From: a virus
Length of the DNA stretch: 64,000 bases
Virus record (IMG/VR): IMGVR_UViG_3300025704_000015
Span: 15,755-79,754 of that record
Reading direction: 5' to 3' (one strand)
Shown: positions 37,718-46,455 of the stretch, one piece after another
How the letters are laid out: each line of letters begins with the position of its first letter
Numbering within the stretch: position 1 is the stretch's first letter
Translations under genes and position numbers: made by a program
The notes under the pieces: generated by a model
The model's input: only the letters and a program-made list of their open reading frames with translations
The model's database searches: none
What the model was told of the DNA's origin: nothing

Positions 37718-39592
37718 ATGAAAAAACTAACAGATATTTTAGAAAACAAAAATGTTATCTTAGACGAGAATAGCGACGCTAGCTTAGAAATCCTATTAAA
37801 CGAAGCCGAGGCAAAACCGCCAGAAAATACTGACGTTGGTATTGTTCTTTCAAGACTATCAGATATGATTTCAATGTCAGATGATTTGTATGATACTGCA
37901 TCTTCCCTTGAAGAAATTGATAAGGAAACCGCCGATACTGTTGAATCCACATATAATTCTATTGATGAGTTATACGCGATGTTTGATGATAAGTATGATA
38001 TCTTTAGATCTGATTTTGATATGGGAGATATTGAAATGGATGAAGATTTCCGTATTAGTTTAGATGATCTATTAAATGAAGCAACTGATGAGTTATCAGA
38101 AGCATTTTTACGTTTGCCTGGCCATTTTATTAATAATGAATTATATGGAGTAGAACGAGATCTTAATACTTTTATTAAGGGTTTGCAAAATGGTAATGAT
38201 GTTAATATGAAAGAGCTTAATAAAATCATTAAGATATTACAAAGCGCTAAGAAGGAAGTTAAGAAATTCAATAAGCCTGAAGATGTTCCTGTTAGTTTTC
38301 AATATAAAAAAGAATCTATTGACATTAATGAGTATTTCTCTAAAGCTGACTTGAAACTTATTGATAAGATGTATGACAAGAAGGGTAACCTTACTCCATT
38401 CGGAAGAAAGGTAATGAATCATGGTAAGAAGCCAGGTGATAAAGGTTATATCGAAGAAGCAACCCGTCGAAACCAAGGGCTTACTGATTTATTCCATAAC
38501 CTTGCTGCAGTTGAAAGACAACTACGTCCTAACAGCCCTATTCACAGGTTAGTTGAAAAGACTGCTGAGGGTAATTATACTGCAGAATTTAAGAAGATGC
38601 AAAAATTGGTTGCTCCTCTTGTTAAAATGTGGGATGACATTGAAGCGGACTTAGACACAGACTACCCTCGTGAATCTATTGAAGAAGCTGGAGGTGATTG
38701 GGTTGTCGTTGATTTAAATACTAAGAAGGTTACGTATGTTAAATCATATGACGCTGCTTCAAAGTATGTGAAGAAGAACGGTGGAGTAATTGCAAGCGCT
38801 GAATATTATGTTGATAACAAAAAGAAGTTTGAAGATACCTCGTTTGAAGGAGAGCCTCTTGATGAAGCAAAACAAAAAACAATTGAGGAAGACAAGTATA
38901 CTGATCTTGGTTTAAGCGTATCCCATACTCTAAACATGGCTCAAACCTTTTGGTATAAGTTAGGCGGTAAAGCTCAAATTGATCAAAAGAAATATGCTAA
39001 GCTTGAAGCTGATTATGTTAAAAGAGGTAAAGTAAAAGTAAAGCTTGATGATATTGGTAAAGTTACATTCAAGAATGTAACACACCATCTGACATTTAAA
39101 GATAAGAGTAAAGCAATGTTCCACGTTTCTGATAAACCTGGCACACCAACCGTAATCGGAAACTTCGATGCTCTTGGTGTTAACGGTAAGCGCGGTAATA
39201 TGTTCCATTCTGCTATTAAAGATAGAGATCTTGATTTAACATTTACAGAATCCATCGAAGAAGCCGTTTCTAGTTCAGCACTTTCCATTCTAAAGAAGGT
39301 CGGTTTTAAAGAAGCTCCAGTAGATAAGACAACAACAAAGGTCGTTAATTCTCTTTCTGGTAAAAAACTTAAACTGACTCAACTGTTTGGTATATCAATG
39401 CGAGCTGGTAAGTGGGCCGATATCTTTGTCGGGACTACCGAAGATGGCAAATATTTTGTGGTTGATCCATCTGGAACTACTATCTTTAATAAAGAATCTG
39501 AGTTAGTAACTGCTTTAAAGTCTGCCGCACTTGGTGAATCTATCAACCATTTTTTAAAGGGTGGTAAAGACCTTAATGACATCGTTGGTTAA
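37718..39592 (+). CDS. multi-domain putative internal protein with repeated L/I-x-E sites
   Basis: LNEA x2, YIEEA, ESIEEA x2, LDEA and LGES separate unrelated segments. Confidence 0.55.
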   Translation: MKKLTDILENKNVILDENSDASLEILLNEAEAKPPENTDVGIVLSRLSDMISMSDDLYDTASSLEEIDKETADTVESTYNSIDELYAMFDDKYDIFRSDFDMGDIEMDEDFRISLDDLLNEATDELSEAFLRLPGHFINNELYGVERDLNTFIKGLQNGNDVNMKELNKIIKILQSAKKEVKKFNKPEDVPVSFQYKKESIDINEYFSKADLKLIDKMYDKKGNLTPFGRKVMNHGKKPGDKGYIEEATRRNQGLTDLFHNLAAVERQLRPNSPIHRLVEKTAEGNYTAEFKKMQKLVAPLVKMWDDIEADLDTDYPRESIEEAGGDWVVVDLNTKKVTYVKSYDAASKYVKKNGGVIASAEYYVDNKKKFEDTSFEGEPLDEAKQKTIEEDKYTDLGLSVSHTLNMAQTFWYKLGGKAQIDQKKYAKLEADYVKRGKVKVKLDDIGKVTFKNVTHHLTFKDKSKAMFHVSDKPGTPTVIGNFDALGVNGKRGNMFHSAIKDRDLDLTFTESIEEAVSSSALSILKKVGFKEAPVDKTTTKVVNSLSGKKLKLTQLFGISMRAGKWADIFVGTTEDGKYFVVDPSGTTIFNKESELVTALKSAALGESINHFLKGGKDLNDIVG

Positions 39593-39630
39593 TCTCTAAT
39601 AAGCCTTATATATAATTATATAAGGTTAAT

Positions 39631-40002
39631 ATGACAAAGGAAAATAAAAAATTAAATTTAAACAATTTCTCATTATACGCAGCTCAACATTATACTAATC
39701 CAAGAGTATTAAACGTTGACGAATTTTATGAAGATTTGAATAAATTTAAATATGTAAAAAAATTATTTACCAAATATAAAACTTCTGGCGACTTAAAAGA
39801 AAGATTAATATTAAATCATATAATTTCAATATATAATGTTTTTAACATTGAGGCGGCAACTAAAATGTGCTTTTTTAAAATGGATGAAGAATCTTATCCT
39901 GCGTTAAAAACATTCTTGTTATACTTAAACTATATTCAAGAGCATGAATTTATAAATATTCAATGTGATCTATACGTTGTAAAAAAACTAAATAAAATAT
40001 AA
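39631..40002 (+). CDS. conserved T4-like hypothetical protein
   Basis: YAAQHYTNP...EFYEDL..FKYVKKL...ERLILNH. Confidence 0.7.
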   Translation: MTKENKKLNLNNFSLYAAQHYTNPRVLNVDEFYEDLNKFKYVKKLFTKYKTSGDLKERLILNHIISIYNVFNIEAATKMCFFKMDEESYPALKTFLLYLNYIQEHEFINIQCDLYVVKKLNKI

Positions 40003-40007
40003 AACTA

Positions 40008-40589
40008 GTGGGATTCTTATTCAAAGCAGCCGATACATTTTTTGCCTTACGATTTTTAAGGTTATTAACCATGCCCTGGACAAAAACTGGAGCGTTTCAA
40101 AATGGTATTATAGACAAAGATGGTCGGGTAATTAAAAAGCCAGAGACTCCTAAGGAAAAGGAAGTGTATAACTTGTTTCATAAATTAGTTTTTAATATTA
40201 AACGGTTATTAAATAAACTTCCATTTGGAAAATCAACTATTGCCAGTTATGCAGCCGGATTATATTTGATTAAGGAACATACCGGAATGTCAGAGCTATT
40301 AATGGGAGAGCTTCTAGAAGAAGCGTTTGGTTATAATCCAACAACCAATATTGATTTAAACGAAACCATTGAAGACTGCCAAATTCAATCTGGTAATTAT
40401 ATTTTAAATGAAAATTTGTTTTTTGCCAATGGCGATATGCTTGCTCCAATGGGAAATGCAACGCTGACAATTAATGAAAGCTCTACTAATATGATTGGAA
40501 CTATATTTAATATTCCAATTTATAAAGCAAAGGATAATAAAACCGACCAATTCGTTTTGGTTACCACTAACAACATAACAAAAATATAA
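40008..40589 (+). CDS. conserved T4-like hypothetical protein
   Basis: RFLRLLTMPW...GIIDKDG...FHKLVFNIKRL...SYAAGLYLIKE. Confidence 0.7.
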   Translation: MGFLFKAADTFFALRFLRLLTMPWTKTGAFQNGIIDKDGRVIKKPETPKEKEVYNLFHKLVFNIKRLLNKLPFGKSTIASYAAGLYLIKEHTGMSELLMGELLEEAFGYNPTTNIDLNETIEDCQIQSGNYILNENLFFANGDMLAPMGNATLTINESSTNMIGTIFNIPIYKAKDNKTDQFVLVTTNNITKI

Positions 40590-40591
40590 AA

Positions 40592-40924
40592 ATGAATATT
40601 AACGAGACAAACGAAGATACGCCAAGTATGACGACATCTACTACAGCAACCACCGATGGAGGACCTTCTAAGAAAGGCTCATATAATCAATATAACCAAG
40701 GTGATAATTGGAAAATTTTTGATGTTGATACGGATTGCTTTGAAAAATTTAGAAGTGGACGTAAGAAGTTCGAAAGATGGGCCCGATTTTTAAACATGGA
40801 CAATGAAACACATAAATCAATTTATGACTATGCTTCAAAGCATTCAAAAAATACTATAGTTTTGCGTTGTTCAGAATCAGGCGCTCTTCGTGCAATCAGG
40901 CGTCGTTCTAGCAACGGTCTGTAA
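40592..40924 (+). CDS. hypothetical protein
   Basis: 110-aa ORF in the operon; GRKKFERW motif. Confidence 0.6.
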   Translation: MNINETNEDTPSMTTSTTATTDGGPSKKGSYNQYNQGDNWKIFDVDTDCFEKFRSGRKKFERWARFLNMDNETHKSIYDYASKHSKNTIVLRCSESGALRAIRRRSSNGL

Positions 40925-41037
40925 ATAACTACAGTTTGTTATTTACAAATCGCTCAGTTATGATATAATTATACTATCATAACGAAATCAACCCGTGCCT
41001 GTAATAAGCACAAAACCACAAAACTATAGTAACCTAA

Positions 41038-42021
41038 ATGAGCAATCCCACAATCTTTGATGAGCAGGTAAGCAGAAAGCCTAATCATTATCCATGGACC
41101 GAAGCCTTTATTGAAAGCATGCACAATGGCTTTTGGACTGATAAAGAATTTAGTTTTAAAAGCGATATCCATCAATTTAAAACGGTCCTAACCGAACAAG
41201 AACAAGAGATTATTATTCGTGATCTAAGCGCGATTGGTCAAATTGAAGTTGCTGTAAAAACATTTTGGGCTAAGCTTGGAGAGAACCTTCCACACCCATC
41301 TCTACAGGATCTTGGTTATGTTATGGCCAATACTGAGGTTATTCATAACAATGCTTATGAACGTCTTATTTCTATTTTAGATATGGAGGATGTGTTTGAA
41401 GAAAATCTTAAATTAGATTTTATTCAAGGACGAGTTAATTATCTTAAGAAGTATACTCACCGGTTCTATAAAGATAGTAAAAAACAATACTTATATGCTA
41501 TTACCTTATTTACTTTGTTTGTTGAGAACGTTTCGTTGTTTAGTCAATTCTACGTTATTAACTGGTTTGCTCGTTATAGAAACGTTTTAAAAGACACTGA
41601 TCAACAAGTAAAATATACTCGTAACGAAGAGCGTATTCACGCAATGGTTGGCATAAAAATCATTAATACTATTCGTGAAGAACTTCCTGAGTTATTTGAT
41701 GAAGAACTTGAAGAGCGTATTGTTGCTGCAGCGCATGAAGCATTTAAAGCTGAATCTAAAATTATTGATTGGGTTGTTAATGGTATTGACGAAGAAGGTT
41801 TATCTGCTCCACTTCTAAAAGAGTTTATTAAGAATAGAATTAATGCAAGCATGGGTGATATTGGTTTTCAAAAGCCATTTGAAATTGACGAAAAATTGCT
41901 TGAATCTACTATGTGGTTTGAAGAAGAACTTCATGGTAATAATATGACTGACTTCTTCCATAGCAGACCTGTTGAATATTCTAAAAAGAGCCAATCTTTT
42001 GATGAAAGCGACTTGTTTTAA
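41038..42021 (+). CDS. nrdB: class I ribonucleotide reductase beta subunit
   Basis: Di-metal ligands EVIH, VENVSLF, EERIH; DFF tail. Confidence 0.93.
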   Translation: MSNPTIFDEQVSRKPNHYPWTEAFIESMHNGFWTDKEFSFKSDIHQFKTVLTEQEQEIIIRDLSAIGQIEVAVKTFWAKLGENLPHPSLQDLGYVMANTEVIHNNAYERLISILDMEDVFEENLKLDFIQGRVNYLKKYTHRFYKDSKKQYLYAITLFTLFVENVSLFSQFYVINWFARYRNVLKDTDQQVKYTRNEERIHAMVGIKIINTIREELPELFDEELEERIVAAAHEAFKAESKIIDWVVNGIDEEGLSAPLLKEFIKNRINASMGDIGFQKPFEIDEKLLESTMWFEEELHGNNMTDFFHSRPVEYSKKSQSFDESDLF

Positions 42022-42042
42022 TATGTATATATAATTTAACAA

Positions 42043-43707
42043 ATGATTGATAACGAATTAAACATTGAATGGCTAAATCGCGATTCTCGTAAATTTCTTG
42101 AAAGAGGTTACTTAATTGAAGGCGAAACACCAGAACAAAGGATGCGTGATATTTCTACTCACGCTGAAACACTTTTAGGTATTAAAGGGTTTGCTCTTAA
42201 ATTTGAAGATTACTTACATAAAGGCTTTTATTCTCTTTCCAGCCCTATTTGGAGTAACTTTGGTAGAACTCGTGGTTTACCTATTAGTTGTTTTGGATCT
42301 TATATTGAAGATACTCTTGAATCTATAACAGGCCATAAGCTTGCTGAAATTTCAATGATGACAAAACATGGCGGAGGTACATCTGCTTACTTTGGCGCAT
42401 TACGTGGACGAGGCGCAAAGATTGGCGAAGATCAAGGGACAAGCACAGGCGCTGTTCACTTCATGGAACTATATGATAAGTTGATGAATGTCGTATCACA
42501 AGGGAATGTCCGCCGTGGATCCTTTGCAGCATATCTTCCAATTGATCATCCAGATGTTGAAGAGTTTCTTAAGATCAGAGGAGACGGCCATGAGATTCAA
42601 GATATGTCAATTGGCGTTTGTGTATCAGACGACTTTATGAAAACAATGGTCGAAGGCGACAAAGAGAAACGTCGTATCTGGGGATTGGTTATCAAGAAAC
42701 GTTTTGAAAGTGGTTATCCATATATCTTCTTTACGGATAACGTAGAAAATCAAAAGCCACAAGTTTATAAAGATAAAGATAAACACATCCATGCAAGTAA
42801 CCTTTGTAATGAAATTTACTTAAGTGCTGATAAAGATGAAAGTTTTGTATGTAACCTCAGTTCATTGAACTTAGAAAAATGGGATGAGATTCAAGAGACT
42901 GATGCTATCGAAACATTGATTTATTTCCTTGACGCAGTAATGACAGAGTTCATTGATAAAACCGAAGGAATGCCATTTATGGATTGCGCCAGAAGATTTG
43001 CTAAAAACCAACGAGCTCTTGGATTGGGTGTATTGGGATGGCATAGTTATCTTCAATCTAAAATGATTGCATTTGAAAGTCTTGAAGCTCAGTTACACAA
43101 TACTCAGGTATGGTCAACGATTCGAACAAAGGCTGATAAAGCAACTGCCGAACTTGCTGAGATATTTGGTGAACCTAAACTACTTGAAGGTTATGGTAAA
43201 AGAAACTCAACGACATTGGCGGTTGCTCCAACGACTTCTTCTAGCTTTATTCTTGGGCAAACCAGTCCAAGCATTGAACCACTTAATAGTAATTACTTTA
43301 CAAAGGATTTGGCCAAGGGTAAATTCACATTTAAGAATTCACATCTAAAAGAATTACTAAGACAAAAGGGTATGGATACTCTTCAGGTTTGGAAAGACAT
43401 CTTAGAGCACGGCGGATCTGTTCAACATATTGAAGGATTAACCGAAGAAGAAAAGGACGTATTTAAAACGTTCGGAGAAATAAGCCAAAGAGAGATTGTT
43501 CTTCAGGCAGCTCAACGCCAACAATTTATAGATCAAGGACAAAGTTTAAATATTATGATTCACCCTAAAGCGAAACCAAAGGACGTAAACGAACTAATGA
43601 TATTTGCATGGGAGAATGGGATTAAAGGTATGTACTATCAACGAAGTGCAAACCCTGCTCAGGAACTGGCTAGATCGTTAATGACATGCAAAACGTGCGA
43701 AGGATAA
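42043..43707 (+). CDS. nrdA: class I ribonucleotide reductase alpha subunit (compact, no ATP cone)
   Basis: PISCF, SNLCNE, CNLSS, APTTSSS, YY, C-terminal CKTC. Confidence 0.93.
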   Translation: MIDNELNIEWLNRDSRKFLERGYLIEGETPEQRMRDISTHAETLLGIKGFALKFEDYLHKGFYSLSSPIWSNFGRTRGLPISCFGSYIEDTLESITGHKLAEISMMTKHGGGTSAYFGALRGRGAKIGEDQGTSTGAVHFMELYDKLMNVVSQGNVRRGSFAAYLPIDHPDVEEFLKIRGDGHEIQDMSIGVCVSDDFMKTMVEGDKEKRRIWGLVIKKRFESGYPYIFFTDNVENQKPQVYKDKDKHIHASNLCNEIYLSADKDESFVCNLSSLNLEKWDEIQETDAIETLIYFLDAVMTEFIDKTEGMPFMDCARRFAKNQRALGLGVLGWHSYLQSKMIAFESLEAQLHNTQVWSTIRTKADKATAELAEIFGEPKLLEGYGKRNSTTLAVAPTTSSSFILGQTSPSIEPLNSNYFTKDLAKGKFTFKNSHLKELLRQKGMDTLQVWKDILEHGGSVQHIEGLTEEEKDVFKTFGEISQREIVLQAAQRQQFIDQGQSLNIMIHPKAKPKDVNELMIFAWENGIKGMYYQRSANPAQELARSLMTCKTCEG

Positions 43708-43713
43708 AATAAA

Positions 43714-43914
43714 ATGACAACAGACAAATATAGATGTATTAAGTGTAAAATTTCTTACGACGTCTTTTGGGACGATCATGTTGAGATTTATTATTCAGGA
43801 GTAGAAGACACTGACGAAGACATCAGTGACTTAACTGAATGCCACGAACCTGAGCATTGCCCATTCTGCGGATCTCACCTTCATGACGATATGGTTAGTG
43901 ATTTTGATGAATAA
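43714..43914 (+). CDS. small zinc-ribbon protein
   Basis: CIKC...CPFCG. Confidence 0.65.
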   Translation: MTTDKYRCIKCKISYDVFWDDHVEIYYSGVEDTDEDISDLTECHEPEHCPFCGSHLHDDMVSDFDE

Positions 43915-43975
43915 ATGCATTTTCCTCTTATTTTAAGGAAAGCTGGGGTATAATATCCCATTATTATTTGGTCTT

Positions 43976-44038
43976 CAAACCCTTATTCTACGGGGGTTCC
44001 AGAACAAAATGCACATTTTGTGAATTATTTTATTTACA
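43976..44038 (+). repeat. 63-bp promoter-proximal repeat, copy 2
   Basis: Matches 5053-5115 except that the central TG is CA. Confidence 0.9.
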
Positions 44039-44061
44039 AATGTGCCTTTTTATGGTATAAT
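44033..44061 (+). promoter_or_regulatory. early promoter TTTACA-17-TATAAT
   Basis: Heads the small-ORF operon 44108-45695. Confidence 0.8.
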
Positions 44062-44107
44062 ATAACTACAGAGAGGGACACCAACCAACCCGATCAACCA
44101 CCACAAA

Positions 44108-44332
44108 ATGTACAAATACACTTATACCGAACACCAGCAGAATCCCCCTTCACTTGGAGGCGATTGGGAATGCGGCACCGAGACCACGATCTGCTTCTCA
44201 AGAAGCCCAAAGAAGGCATGCAGCCTTAAGGGTATCGTTTCCCGCAAATTCGAGGGCGCTGACGGGTGTCCAATCATGAGCTCCGAAAAGCTCGAGTTTA
44301 ACGGTAAGGTCATTTTCGATCGCACTCACTAA
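44108..44332 (+). CDS. early hypothetical protein
   Basis: ATG after an A/C-rich leader; first gene after the promoter. Confidence 0.55.
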   Translation: MYKYTYTEHQQNPPSLGGDWECGTETTICFSRSPKKACSLKGIVSRKFEGADGCPIMSSEKLEFNGKVIFDRTH

Positions 44333-44347
44333 TAACCAAAAACGACC

Positions 44348-44428
44348 ATGATTCATATAGCCGAACTTTTTACCGCCATTCTCATCCTCGCCGCATCATT
44401 CATTACTTTGATCGCTTTCACGGCCTAA
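44348..44428 (+). CDS. 26-aa hydrophobic peptide
   Basis: MIHIAELFTAILILAASFITLIAFTA; fills an operon gap. Confidence 0.4.
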   Translation: MIHIAELFTAILILAASFITLIAFTA

Positions 44429-44448
44429 CCACAACCAACTAATATATT

Positions 44449-44697
44449 ATGACAATAAAACCAAATCGCACTCACTGCTACAGATTTACTGTAGAGATGG
44501 ACAATGAAGAAGATATGAAATCTCTGGCCACGTTCAGAAAATCATTCTATGGGACTAACCAATATGTAAAATGTCAAGGCCGTTGGGGTGAGAATAACCC
44601 CAATTATAAAAGAAGCCACAACTTCCTAGGACATTCGAGATCGTTCTGCCCAGTTTCACTCGCCAAATATTGCGACGTTTATGTTTACTTTCGATAA
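44449..44697 (+). CDS. early hypothetical protein
   Basis: 82-aa ORF in a tightly packed operon. Confidence 0.6.
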   Translation: MTIKPNRTHCYRFTVEMDNEEDMKSLATFRKSFYGTNQYVKCQGRWGENNPNYKRSHNFLGHSRSFCPVSLAKYCDVYVYFR

Positions 44698-44700
44698 GAT

Positions 44701-44787
44701 ATGAATTTAATAAGAATCACTCTTATGATGTTAGCCTGTACCGTCTGTTGGTACTGGTCAGTGAGATTAGTTTTAATAATTTTTTAA
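44701..44787 (+). CDS. 28-aa hydrophobic peptide
   Basis: MNLIRITLMMLACTVCWYWSVRLVLIIF; fills the gap almost exactly. Confidence 0.4.
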   Translation: MNLIRITLMMLACTVCWYWSVRLVLIIF

Positions 44788-44788
44788 G

Positions 44789-45004
44789 ATGAAACCAAAC
44801 CTATTACAAAAACTATTAACCCAATTTCCTAACACTCAAAATGTTGAAATTCGTGGTGAGATTCAAAGTGTTCCAGAACTAACCGAGGAAAACTTTTGGA
44901 CCTTAATTAAAAGCCACAACGAACTTGTTGAAAAGTTCAATTACGCCATTCACAACCTAAATGCAGAGTGCGAAGAACTAAGAAATAAACTAAATCAAAA
45001 ATAA
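44789..45004 (+). CDS. early hypothetical protein
   Basis: 71 aa with a coiled-coil-like tail. Confidence 0.55.
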   Translation: MKPNLLQKLLTQFPNTQNVEIRGEIQSVPELTEENFWTLIKSHNELVEKFNYAIHNLNAECEELRNKLNQK

Positions 45005-45021
45005 AAACCATTAATTATATT

Positions 45022-45240
45022 ATGAAAAAAACAACCAGCGCTAAATTCGAAAAACTGAAAGCCAATATTGCTAAACTTGAACTTCAAAAGGGAGATAAAA
45101 CTAACTTTGGCTCAGTTGTTAAAGTAGGCGAAACAGGAATCACTTTTAAGAATACATACTCACCAAAGACAAGAATCCTGTTTATCCAACGCAAGTTTGG
45201 AAGAAACGAATATGTATTGAATGACCTAATTAAACTTTAA
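45022..45240 (+). CDS. early hypothetical protein
   Basis: 72-aa ORF. Confidence 0.55.
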   Translation: MKKTTSAKFEKLKANIAKLELQKGDKTNFGSVVKVGETGITFKNTYSPKTRILFIQRKFGRNEYVLNDLIKL

Positions 45241-45242
45241 TT

Positions 45243-45416
45243 ATGAAAGAAACAAATTACACTACAAACATTAAGGCCGGTGATTCTGTGATGGTTAACG
45301 GTATGCAAATTATCGTTAATGAGAATTGCGGAAACGGCTGCTTTTATGGAACAGATTGTGATGGCGATGAGATCGAATTCGCCACCGAAGAAATCTTAGC
45401 AGTTGTTCCAGATTAA
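45243..45416 (+). CDS. 57-aa early hypothetical protein (not in ORF track)
   Basis: MKETNYTTNIKAGDSVMVNG...; fills an operon gap. Confidence 0.55.
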   Translation: MKETNYTTNIKAGDSVMVNGMQIIVNENCGNGCFYGTDCDGDEIEFATEEILAVVPD

Positions 45417-45425
45417 TATAATAAT

Positions 45426-45623
45426 ATGGAAAAGATAGAAGAGCTAAAACAAAAGTATATTTTTGACCGTTTGGAATGCCTTAAGTGGGATTCAAAATAT
45501 TACAAATATAAAAACACAAAGCTATCATCAGAGCTTGAAAAGAGCGAAGCTAAGCTCGTTGATATTTTAAAAGAGATTCGTGAACTTGAAAGTCTCCGTG
45601 TTAGACCAAAGAAAAATAAATAA
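45426..45623 (+). CDS. early hypothetical protein
   Basis: 65-aa ORF ending just before the RNA gene. Confidence 0.5.
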   Translation: MEKIEELKQKYIFDRLECLKWDSKYYKYKNTKLSSELEKSEAKLVDILKEIRELESLRVRPKKNK

Positions 45624-45626
45624 AAC

Positions 45627-45695
45627 GGGGGTGTAAAAGAATTCGACGCTAGTTTCGGCTAACGGACCCGGGCGCGATACCCGGCACCTCCACCA
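45627..45695 (+). ncRNA. minimal tmRNA-like RNA (tRNA-like domain only, 69 nt)
   Basis: Acceptor stem GGGGGTG/CACCTCC with G3:U70 and an ACCA end; 5' loop ending ATTCGAC; GGAC before the T-stem CCGGG/CCCGG; central stem closed by TTCG. Confidence 0.8.
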
Positions 45696-45704
45696 TTTAA
45701 AATA

Positions 45705-45742
45705 AAAAACCCGCTCTGAATTAAACCAGGGCGGGTGTTTTT
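45705..45742. terminator. bidirectional intrinsic terminator
   Basis: A6-CCCGCTCTG...CAGGGCGGG-TGTTTTT between converging transcription units. Confidence 0.85.
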
Positions 45743-45759
45743 CTAAATATATATATATC

Positions 45760-46113
45760 TTACTTAACGTTTGGCTCGTCTTTTTCTGTTGAGTATTCTG
45801 CTAAAAACTCTCTTAATTCATTAATGTCATTTGCGTTTAAGCTCATAAATGTTCTTCGGGCCGCACCAGATGTGCGGCTTTCACTAACCTTTTCAATCTC
45901 TAAACATTTACGAGTGCCTAACTTTGATTCCAATTCATCAGGGCCAATAAATTCAAGAAGCTTAAACGTGGAATTTGCATGTGTTCCTCCATCTTCCCAT
46001 CCAGCCAATTCGGTTTTTTCAAGCAGAACCTTTGCTTCTTCTTTAATGGGTTTACCCTCAAGAATCGCCTTCGCGGCATCTTCAAGTTCTTTATTTTTGT
46101 TTGATAGATTCAT
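45760..46113 (-). CDS. MNLSN-leader family protein 4
   Basis: MNLSNKNKELEDAAKAILEG leader. Confidence 0.65.
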   Translation of the reverse strand: MNLSNKNKELEDAAKAILEGKPIKEEAKVLLEKTELAGWEDGGTHANSTFKLLEFIGPDELESKLGTRKCLEIEKVSESRTSGAARRTFMSLNANDINELREFLAEYSTEKDEPNVK

Positions 46114-46116
46114 ATA

Positions 46117-46455
46117 TTAAATTTTTTCTATTGAAGTAATGTTTGGATAGTTTGGTTTATTACTTAGAACTACTTTAACTTTATCTCCTGCTTTATACTT
46201 CTTACTAAGCTTTGGATCAAACCCAAATTCAGCTTTCATGCCGCTCTTGTTTTTCTTGTCATGACCTTTGAAAGTCATAACCCATGCTTTGCCAAACTTA
46301 CCAGGCGATCTTTGAACTTGTGAAACGCTAGAAATTGTAAGATCCAATTCCTTTCCGAGATTCTTATTAAGAAAATCATCGTGAATAATTGCATTCTCAC
46401 TCATAATTGCCTTTGCCGCTTCTTCAAGGCTGTTATTTCTATTTGATAAATTCAT
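46117..46455 (-). CDS. MNLSN-leader family protein 3 (possible OB-fold payload)
   Basis: MNLSNRNNSLEEAAKAIMSE leader; beta-rich payload ending YKAGDKVKV...NITSIEKI. Confidence 0.65.
   Translation of the reverse strand: MNLSNRNNSLEEAAKAIMSENAIIHDDFLNKNLGKELDLTISSVSQVQRSPGKFGKAWVMTFKGHDKKNKSGMKAEFGFDPKLSKKYKAGDKVKVVLSNKPNYPNITSIEKI

Noticed and set aside
37702-38271. Long antisense and alternative-frame ORFs (also 10619-11044, 58461-59003, 59229-59855, 61664-63991)
   Set aside because: They are shadows of well-supported plus-strand genes; those above 61.7 kb lie within or overlap the single ORF starting at 61728.
45627-45695. Canonical tRNA-Ala or an attP fragment of ssrA
   Set aside because: There is no D-stem or 7-nt anticodon loop. 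Both tmRNA ends are present rather than only the 3' end, and no integrase is in the window.
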